From Welwitschia mirabilis (taxonomy: Eukaryota), in contig JBOZIK010000001.1 in the NCBI GenBank assembly GCA_051453625.1, forward strand, positions 30,454,454-30,476,172: DNA of 21,719 bases. Reading direction: 5' to 3'. Made by a program: the position numbers and the translations under genes. This document shows, piece by piece, positions 1 through 9,708 of this stretch; position 1 is the first letter of the stretch, and each line of letters opens with the position of its first letter. The notes below the pieces were generated by a model. It was not told the DNA's origin. It searched no databases and saw only the letters and a list, made by a program, of their open reading frames with translations.

Positions 1-80
1 AAAACTATCCATCTTAAAGTTGAAATTCAAAATCATTAGACAGATTGAAGAACTAAATCAAATTTAGGTCTATAAAAAAC

Positions 81-1234
81 ATGGCAACCCAAAACCTACA
101 AACAAAATCGCGCCCAATTTACAAGAGAACGCGTAGCTAAGAGCATTAGAACTACATGAGAGAGGAGTGTTTGAACCATGTCCAAGCAGCTGATGTGACA
201 TCAATGCATTAGAAGATATGGGAAAGGCTATAAGAATTAAACCTACTCAGCATGATGTGTTGTTGCATCATGAGAAAACTTAGGAGGCCTTTTATGCAGT
301 AGGATGGGAGAGTTGCATGCTTATCCTTAGAGGACATGATCTTAATCTCTTCAAGTAATTTTTTAGAAACTAGAATGGCGGATCTACTCGGATAGGTAAC
401 AATACCATTTTTATTGATATTCTTCCATCAATGATGCCATTTGCAGATGTCCTTAAGGAATTAAGTTAAAAAGGGGAGTCCCCCAGGCTTCCATTGTTTT
501 TCACTTTGAAAGAATTGATTGGTAAAACCCTTAGAAAGAGAGGTGGAAGCTACAGAATAAAGGATTTTCTAAGGCCATTTGATTCTTGGGCTGCCTTGAT
601 CATGAAATACTTCACTTTAAAGGGCCACTTNNNNNNNNNNNNNNNNNNNNNNNNNNNNNNNNNNNNNNNNNNNNNNNNNNNNNNNNNNNNNNNNNNNNNN
701 NNNNNNNNNNNNNNNNNNNNNNNNNNNNNNNNNNNNNNNNNNNNNNNNNNNNNTAAAGGGTTGATTTGATTGTTATATCAAAGGAAAATGCATAACGATG
801 CAGGCATCTTAGCTTGGTAAGATATCCCAAGAGAACCTGTGCAAAAGCTGCTACTATGGAATCCACTAAAGTATACAAAAAGTGATGAAGAGTGCAGCCT
901 CCTTGCGCCTTCAAGACACACTGACAACGTGCCAAATATAGAACAGACAGAGCAATAGAAATATGAAAAAGAAGCTGTAAAAGAGGATGAATAGTAAGAA
1001 GAAGAAAACATTGAGGAGGAAAGTAAACCTTTGGCTCCTACCCCTATTGCCCAAATCCCCTTGTTCAACTATACCTCAAATGAATACAGTTTTGTTGTAA
1101 ATCCCTTAGGGTATGCTAGACTTAAACCTCTTTCTGATTGGAAGTTAGAACCTAAGTTGACAAAATTAGATGCTGATGTATGGGAGTTTCAATACCAGAG
1201 AGAATTTTATTATGCTTGGAAATCTAGCTCTTAA
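81..1234 (+). pseudogene. Relic ORF, probably the extra (env-like/accessory) ORF of the retroelement
   Basis: From ATG at 81 the + strand reads as long protein-like sequence with scattered TAA/TAG stops and at least one frameshift. The 494 and 1031 ORF-track fragments share a frame across the gap and are linked by an acidic stretch (KEAVKEDE**EEENIEEESKPLAPTPIAQIPLF). No domain is recognisable with certainty. Confidence 0.4.
631..753. other. Assembly gap (123 N)
   Basis: Run of N. Confidence 1.
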
Positions 1235-3825
1235 GCTTTATTGTAAATCTTTTTCTTTTTTGAGTTAATATAATCTATTTACTATTTCTCAAAGAAAATT
1301 TCTTAAAATTTATGCACATTATTATTTTTGTGAATTTTATTAAGTTATTAAGTTTTCAATTTAATATGTATTTGGTTAATAAAAGATGTCTATTATAGCT
1401 TTCAGATGTCCTGTATTAGAAAATGCTTTTTAAGTTTTTAGTATAGACATCTTCTATGTGAAATACATATATTGTGTTTTAAAGTTTTTTTCAATCACCT
1501 ATCAACCTAGACGTCTATAATAAAAAAGAAAATGTCTACTATGCATCAAAATACATGTCTTCTATATCAAGAATGTCTACAGTGTAGGCATGAATAAAAT
1601 AAAAAGCAAAGCAAAAATTGAGGGTTTAGACTTCTATAAAGACATGAATCATCTTAAATCTTTCATATTTTATTTTTAATCCTTTCCACAATAGAAATAG
1701 CCATAAATCGCCAAAATAATTTTAGACTCACTCATTGATGGAGTCATAAGTAGCCACAAGCGAAAAAATGGTGAGGACAAGTAGAGAGAAAAGGGCCAAA
1801 ATAGAGTAAAAATGCAAGGGAAAAGGCTCAAATGACCCAAAAAAAAATGGAAAAGAGATAGTGTCCAAATCTAATCATTAAATCTCCCATAAAGAAGAAT
1901 CTAATAGTTGAAGGAAGGAATACAAACTCTTATTTATTTTAAATAATGTCAGATAGTGTTTTACAACTTGAAAATCACTTAAAACCATAACAGAGAGAAC
2001 TCTATGATTCAAAAAAAGCCATCAAAAGAAAAATATGCACTAATTTAAGCACTTAGGATGAAAAAAGATCATAGACATCACACTAAGTATTTTAGAATAT
2101 ATGATATGTGAGTTATATGCAAAATGCATTGCATAACTCTAGAATCATCTAAGTTTTTAATATAAGTAATAGGTATAGTTCTTGAGATCTTACCTTTGGT
2201 GGTTAATAATATGTTAGGCATGGATGCAAAAAACTACTTCACTTGTATGTGTTAGTTGGTTTAAATATATCTTTAAAAGATACCTAACGAAAGTCTCTAA
2301 ATGTAATTTAGCTATAACATTGCTTGGTCGTCCAAGAGCCATTGTGAATAAATGTTTTAAAAAAATTGGCATTACATGCTTGTATTTTATGCCTAAATGT
2401 ATTTGATAATATTATCTTCCATAACGAATCTATGACTATTACATGGTTGTACATGCATTCATCATTCATTCTCTAGTGACTAGTATTTAGATTCATTTGG
2501 GTTTCATTTTATGTATAAATATAATATCATACTTTTAGAAAAGTCAAACCTTAGATCTTCCATTTCTTATTATCTTGTTAATCTTTAGTGTTGAAATTCA
2601 AATTCTAGAGCAATCTCTTAAACATCCTAAGAAATGCTTTGTTGATTTTAGTGAAAAGAAATAAAACAACATCCCCTATACCACAAGATGAAGGCTTCTC
2701 CTACATGTTCTACATCAGTTAGGGCCTAGGTCTCATCATCAATGAAGAAAGGACTAAAGGCAATAGATAAAGAGATTAACAAAAATAGAAGTAGTATTAC
2801 AGTGTGCATAAAATTAAGACTTGGATCAAATATGAAGGTCTAAGTGAGGGGAAGAAGCCTCTTTTAGAGTTTGAAAAGGTGTATACTTCTTAGTGGATAG
2901 GTACTGAGGAGATGAGGATCAATCTTATCTTGAGTAGGGCACATAGTATGATTCTAGTAGCGTAGAAAAGTCATAGGAAGAGGAGTAGTATCATGCACAC
3001 CAAGACTAACTAGAGCCTCCTATTTAGAGGGAGGAATAGAAGGAGCCTAAGTCTCATTAGGAATCCGCTCCTCATCATGTAGTTTGGGGTATTGAGAAAA
3101 ATTTAGAGGAGGAGTTGTCTCCTAGGTCTATTTGACATAATATTTAGGTATGAAGAGTAGTCACCTAACTAGTAATCCATTATCCCCACCTCTAGTGCAC
3201 ATGCCACATCCATCCTACATAGAATTTGAAAAGAATGCTACTTATAGCTTATTTAACACTTCCATCACTTCCCATGTATACTTGAGGATGAAATTGACAC
3301 TATAGATAGATAGAGGTGCATATTTTCTCTACATCAAAAGTTCTTAAGTTTAGGAGAAACCTTCATCATTATATAGCACATAGCAGTTGTCTCAAAGTAG
3401 TAATGATGATGATTAAACCTATCATCTAAGAAAGGATGATGGTGACAATTCTTGAAGGAATAAAAATGAAGGAATACAAAGAAGGATTAGAGATTCATGT
3501 GCTTCTTCCTATGTTTTACCTAATGTCCAAGAAGGGAAAGAGAAAATGTGGTTTACTAGATGAATTAGTGAATTGAAAATAAAAATTAAGAGATGAGTTA
3601 TGGTCATCAATACTATCTGATGGTTTACAAATTTTTCTTTTGGCCCACATTTGTTTATGTATGCACATTTTTTCTATGTGTGAAATTCTAATTTATTTGC
3701 ATTAAATATTAATGAAATGGTTTTCTTAAGTTGTTATGCTATATTATTGTTATATGAAAATTGTGAATTTTTTTTTAAATAACTAATCATTTCGAAATTT
3801 TAGACATCATCAAAAGGGGGGAGAT

Positions 3826-5340
3826 TGTTGACAAATCTAGTTTTGATGATGGCAATAACTTGTTAAAATGGTGTGTTAGTTGTTGCACATTTTCAAGGTC
3901 TCAAGGAAGGAAGAAAACGACAAAGAAGAGAAGATATATAGACTGATGGAGACTTCTAATAAAACAACAAGCATATATAATTCATAGCATTGGAAGATGT
4001 CTACAGAAATGAAAGATGTCTATCGAACATGAAAACATCTACAACATGGAAGGCGTCTGGCTTAAAGCTTGAGTATTGAAAATTAGATGTTCAAAGAACC
4101 CAAAGAACATCTTGGCTCAGTACAAGATGGCATGAGGAAAACCTCTTAACTAAGTATTGTAGTTTCGAAGATGTTTGTTTTAGAGGATAACCATTGAGTT
4201 GAAGACATAGTCACAGCCTTAAGACAACTTGACAATTAGAACTGAATCTATAATAGACCTCTGTAGGCATAGAAGATGACTTATACACTAGAAGATGTTT
4301 GCTTACCTTCAATTTCAAAGCTACGCCAACACTATAGAAGATAGACATCTAATCATCTAAAGATGTCGATACCAAGATAGAAAGAGAAATTTGATAAAAG
4401 ATATCTACAATTATTAGGAGATGTCTACTATTGACAGTAAAGGTTTATAGTAATGAGAAGATATCTACTTTGTGCAATGGTCAAAACATAAAGTAACCAT
4501 TAGCATGGATCTTGCATGATGATAAGGCTTGTAGCATCATCATTAATAGTGCAACATAAAAGAATAAACTCAAGTGACTAGTTCGTTACTTGCTCATTTG
4601 ATAGTTATTGGAAAAATCATTGAAGCCCTCTTTAAAGAAAAAAGTGCTTAAGGTCTGTAAAGAAGGAAGCTCTACTATCTAAGAATTTCAAGTTCATTCA
4701 AAGGTTTTCTCTCCTATGACATTTGACACAAAGTTCTAAGCTTTCTCTCTCCATAATTGTGCTTTCATTGTGTTAGTGCTTAGAACTAGGGTAAGCTATT
4801 AAGCTATAAAGTGTAAATCGTGAATCATTCTTGTATAGAGCTTGTTTATTGTTTTATTGTCTAGATTCAAAGTTATATGGGTTATTAGATTTTCAGGTAT
4901 AAGTTGTGTGTGCTTTAATCATGTGGAGTTGTTAGAATCCATCCTTTTATCTATAAATCTATTTTGTATAGCTTTGCTTTTAGCCTTGAGAGGCTTATAG
5001 GATATCTTCGTGAAGGCATTCTGATTTGTACAAGTGTTGTGACTTGCACAGTTTGGATGTGGTCTTGAGAGGTACATCTTCTTTATAGCGTGAGTTTATA
5101 AGGATGGCGCTGAATCTTGAATCATTTTTTCAATGATAAACCTCCTAGATGTGTGTTAGATCTTCACCTTCTTCATGTAGATGTACCTCGATCAAGGAAC
5201 CGCATTAGTGAGTTCATTTTGTACTTTTGCATAGTTAATTCTTTTTTTAGTAATGTATGTTTAATTACTTCGTAAATTTTTAATTAACACTCATTCATCT
5301 CCCCCCTCTTTGAGTTCGATGATCTGTACTCTTCTTTTAA
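3826..5340 (+). repeat. 3' LTR (~1.5 kb) of the copia element
   Basis: Starts TGTTGACAAATCTAGTTTTGATGATG immediately after the PPT. It shows a purine-rich U3 with repeated AGAYRTCT motifs, a T-rich R/U5 and a C-rich terminal signal at 5293-5309. The terminal CA is not clean (cttttaa at ~5340), so the right end is approximate. Confidence 0.7.
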
Positions 5341-5536
5341 TTACCACATCACCACTTTAGAATCAAACACATAGCTAATTATACACTTATAGTGCCATAG
5401 TTCATCCTCTTTTATCTTTTGTTTTTTATACTTGTAAACTAAAAGATATCAAACACTACTTTTCCTTTTAGGCGAGGTGAGGAAGGCATATATAGTTTAG
5501 GGTTCTATTCAACCTCATGATCTTTCATTTATTTTG

Positions 5537-6283
5537 ATGCTTTCATTTGGAAACAAATACCCAAAAGTTTAATAGTTAAAGTTTCATGTAGGGCAAGTTG
5601 AAATGCAACATTTGTTAATCAACAAATGTGTATGGAAGATTATAAGTGCAAAAATTTCTAAGCCAAATGCTACTGATGAAGCTCAAGAAGGGGAATAATT
5701 AGACTAGGAGGCTCTTCCACTCATTGGTTTAAATCTTGAAGATGGTTATTTGCATCATCTTTTTCTTTCTAAAACCTCAAAAGAAGTGTGGAATGATTTA
5801 TGCCAATTATTTGGTTTAAAGGAAAATGAAGCAAAACAAAGTTTAAAGCATCAACTTTGTAGCTTAAGGATGGACGAATCAGTTGATATAGGTTGCCATG
5901 TGAATCACTTTAAATCACTCTTGACACAACTTGCTATAATAAATTCAAACATTAATGATGATGATACCAAGGCCAGGTTGTTGAGCAGTTTCATGATATG
6001 ATTCCATTGTTTGCGCCTTAGAGAAAATTCCATGCACATTAGAAGTACCATTTGAACACTCATCTTATTGAAAGAGTGCATCAGTATGAACTCAAAGAAG
6101 GTGCCTCAATTTCTGAAAGGTGAAGTTTGGAAAAAGCACACAAAAATTGTCAAAGAATATGCAAAACGTTATTGTGACAATAAACAAGGTCATGTGATAA
6201 TCAATAGTTTTAAACACGCAAAGAATATACTTAATGGAAAATTTAAGACTTTATCCATGACAATAAAAATAGACAAAGAATAA
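5537..6283 (+). pseudogene. Degenerate Ty1/copia gag fragment (UBN2/Retrotran_gag_2-like)
   Basis: Translates as ...KFNS*SF..EMQHLLINKCVWKII... then ALPLIGLNLEDGYLHHLFLSKTSKEVWNDLCQLFG...KQSLKHQLCSLRMDESVDIGCHVNHFKSLLTQLAIINSNINDDDTKARLLSS, the typical copia gag pattern. An eroded zinc knuckle (YCDNKQGHVIINS) follows. Stops and frameshifts are present. Confidence 0.8.
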
Positions 6284-8205
6284 GAAAGCATTGTTGCAAC
6301 TTTTTAAGCGGGTGGGCTGACTCCACAAATGTTTTAGTCTTGAAGGAGTTCCATGTTATGGGTACTCCACCTTCTTGTGGTTAGCTCATATTACTCTGGT
6401 TAGTCTACTTTACCTAGTGATTACAACCTGTATGGTAATGTCAATCTTTCACATGTTTAAGATTTGACATGAAAGTGGGGTATGATGGATATTTTATTTT
6501 CCGTATTTTTCATTAGCCACATGAGTCAATTCACATTTAAAAGGATTTGAACTACTTTATCTAGAAGTTGAACGTTAAATTGTGCTAACCTATTTATTTG
6601 AAATGCATTAATAAAATTTGGAAGCTCTGATTTTATTGTGAAACTCTTTAAGGCTCCTCTCAATTTTTCGTGCTCTCGAAGCTTCCTTTCCATGGCCCTC
6701 AAAAACCCAAAAAACCACAAAAAATGATTAATAAATTCAATAGCTTCAGAATCTGTAGATCACTTGAATGAGATGATGACACTTCACTTTTCTTTTATTT
6801 CAGAAAGGTTAATGTAGTCTGGCTTTCCTATCTAGTGAAAACATTTTCGAGGGTTTAAAAAAAAAAAGGTATGGAAATGTGAAGTGTAAAGAGGAGTAGC
6901 AAAACGGGGAAAGCTGAAGATTAAGGTTGGAGAAAAGTAACAGATGGGAAGGAAATGTAAGGGACTAAAACTTCTCTTGGAGGACCTTGGGGATTAATAT
7001 AAGTAATTAACCTTCACACATATTTGGTGTGGGTATTAACATGAGGTTAATAATCAAGGAGGAACAAATTAATCAACATCTAAATTAGGAATCCAAGTGG
7101 TGTTAAACCCACACTAATGATGAACTTTTAATCTAAGTCATCTCAAACATCTTTCGAGGACAAGGTTGAAGTTTGAAGAGGACTTTACTTTGACTCGGAC
7201 CTTGACTTTGACTTTGATCGTTGACCTTGACCTTATTTCTCGCTCATTTATTAAAGCATTATGACGGAATTGCCGTTTCCCGTAATGACAAACGGAGAAG
7301 GCATGGAATCAAGAAAGTAAGTAATCCCAACAGTTTGTAAAGAACATATCCTTAATCATTAGATTAGAGACGTAAACATCGTTCTAAGTATCTTCCGTAA
7401 CCAAGTATTTTCGAGATTTCGTATTTGGAACCTCTCGATTATTTATTTTTTGCAAATAATGCTTGTTTGGAAAACAGCGTGGATTATTCCTCGCTACCAG
7501 CGATTTTCCAATAAATAAAACGCGGCATGGGAAGGCACGCACTCACGCAAGTTAGAAACTGTTTAGGGTCACATTTTCCTTAAAAACTTTGTTTGGGTAT
7601 TTTATTGCGTATTAACACTAGTGTTTAACAGTAAATTATAAGTTAATAAAGTCGGTTGGGCGGGGAAAGCAACGTGTCGCGGAAGCATTTGGAGATTGGA
7701 CGAAGAAGTTGGTCGACAGCGATGTCGAATGATATTGATGGGAATGGGCCCATCGTTATCATCAGCATGATCATCATTCATCATCATGGTTCCATGACTA
7801 TGACAATGATGCTGCCGCATGCCAGAGTCCCGTTCGTGAGCCCTCGGCGTGGGCGCATGGGAGGCTCATGTCATGTCATGTCGTCATGCATCATGTATGC
7901 GGATGGACAGGGCATGTGCGACCTATCGTACAGCGTCGATGACGTGTCGGATTGTACGACGATGATGGATGCCGTGGAGAGCACTCAATCAATCAATCGA
8001 ATCAACGGATGGCGTGATTTGACGTCGTACGTTCTTTGAAAACAACACTTTGTATGCATTTGCGATTGCGAACACGTTGTTCTCTGTTCTCCTCCTTTTT
8101 CTTCTTCCCATAATTGAAATGGGAAAAGGCTGCTTTCAAATACTTTTCCGTAGGCTCAGAAAAGTCGGTATATACCGCGAACCTACGTACGTGGATGAAT
8201 ACACG

Positions 8206-8241
8206 TATGCATCAACGTAGATATATGCATCAACGTAGATA
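8206..8241. repeat. Exact 18-bp tandem duplication (TATGCATCAACGTAGATA)x2
   Basis: Copies at 8206-8223 and 8224-8241. Confidence 0.95.
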
Positions 8242-8574
8242 ATTATAAACATGTTTTTTTATTTTCGTATGAAAAGTTTGGCTCGTTCGCTGGTTTCATC
8301 ACCCAAAATCTTGAGACGGATAACGTGGGGTGTCAGTGCGTAGAAATGGAAACACGCAGAAGTTGACGACGGACGACGATGATAGGCGTTGTGTCGGGCA
8401 AAAGGAGTCCGGGCGCATTCGCGATTGCTGTGTCTGCCGCGCTTCAGATCTCCCAACACGACTTTCCTTATAAAAACTAAAAGCGCGAGTGCTGTTGTTG
8501 CAGTGTAATATTATATGATGGGTCTTGCTTTTTCAAACTTTGGTTAGCGTGAGAGAGGAGAATGTGTTGATGAG

Positions 8575-8613
8575 AGGCAACAGGCAAGAGGCAAGAGGCA
8601 AGAGGCAAGGCAG
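8575..8613. repeat. Heptamer tandem repeat (AGGCAAG)n
   Basis: aggcaacaggcaagaggcaagaggcaagaggcaaggcag. Confidence 0.9.
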
Positions 8614-8952
8614 ATCCAAAGGCGTTCCGGCAAAACTCCGCTTTTCAATTTCTTATTGAATATTGGGTGTGAGAGTGTGCGCGCTTTATGTTCCCCTATC
8701 GCAATCCTCTGCTTCTCGCAATTGACAAGTGTTGCGTATCCCTTTTTTCAAGCAATAACTGATAACTGTTTCGAATCGATGAGCTGGTGTCGTCTTTTTT
8801 GATGAGCAGCGGTGCCTTCTGCCGGGGAAAGAAGTAGCGACCGCGAACTTCTTTTAAAGCGGCTTTGGGCGAGCGCTGGTGATTGATTGGTCCTTGCGTA
8901 TTGATGTGGGCGTTGCCGTTGCGTGGATATTTAAGGTAGCCTTTTCAAAACA

Positions 8953-8982
8953 TTCTTCTTCTTCTTCTTCTTCTTCTTCTTC
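8953..8982. repeat. (TTC)10 microsatellite
   Basis: Directly visible. Confidence 0.97.
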
Positions 8983-9681
8983 ACCACTGAACGAAAAGGC
9001 ATTACCCACGCGGTTAAACAGAGTCGTTGTTTAAGCCGGCTGTCTTGCCGGAAATGGCAACATTGTGCTCGCCCAAGACATCACCTCGGTGACTGCCACT
9101 GTGAAAACGGAAAGGCGGGAAACATCACCCAATTACATGTTGAATCCATGCGTCTGCTCTAGTTTCACGACGCATAGGCTCCGGCGTAGGCCATAGCAGT
9201 CTTGGAAATTCGTTGAACGTTTTCTCCATCAAACGAAAAAATAATACTGTGGTTGGATTATGGATGAATATTCCTTGGACACGCGCACTTGATTAGAAAG
9301 AAATTCGGGGTTGGGGCCTCCAGCTGTGGCATTAAAGGCCGGAGGCCGTAACAAACTCAGCAAAGGCGAGAGTATAAAAGTGGAAAAAGGGAGTTGCGTG
9401 CGTATCCACGTAAGTTGAGAAACCAAACTCAAACCATATTACATAATTGAGACTTTCGAAAAGGGAAAGGAGACCTTCCGCTGCCTTCCCATTCCTAACC
9501 AGGGGACTGTGGGCGGCGGGGACCACCGAGAGCGCAGCGTAGCGCGTGGGACGAGGAAGTGGTGTCAGCTGTCAGTGCGAGAGAGGGAACGCAAGGCAGA
9601 ATCTAGAAGAGCAGCAGGAGTTGGGTGAGAGACTTTGAGAATTGAGAGCCAAAGGGAAAGGCAGTGAGCAAGCAGGCAGAG

Positions 9682-9708
9682 GGCTGATGGCTGATGGCTG
9701 ATGGCTGA
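9682..9708. repeat. Heptamer tandem repeat (GGCTGAT)n, nearly 4 copies
   Basis: ggctgatggctgatggctgatggctga. Confidence 0.9.

Larger units (their letters stand above)
1..5340 (+). mobile_element. Decayed 3' portion of a Sirevirus-like (SIRE/Maximus) Ty1/copia LTR retrotransposon
   Basis: PPT CATCAAAAGGGGGGAGAT directly followed by TGTTG at 3826, and an upstream PPT-like tract (tgtccaagaagggaaagagaaa, ~3524-3545). A C-rich ATTCATCTCCCCCCTCT lies near the LTR end (5293-5309). The same palindromic repeat motif occurs inside the LTR and in the internal region; there is a relic extra ORF and strong CpG depletion. No pol is visible, and the 5' extent is beyond or obscured in this window. Confidence 0.6.

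Noticed and set aside
1383..4467. Dispersed repeated palindromes as a CRISPR-like array
   Set aside because: The context is a eukaryotic retrotransposon, the units are only 8-10 bp with irregular spacing, and there are no cas genes.
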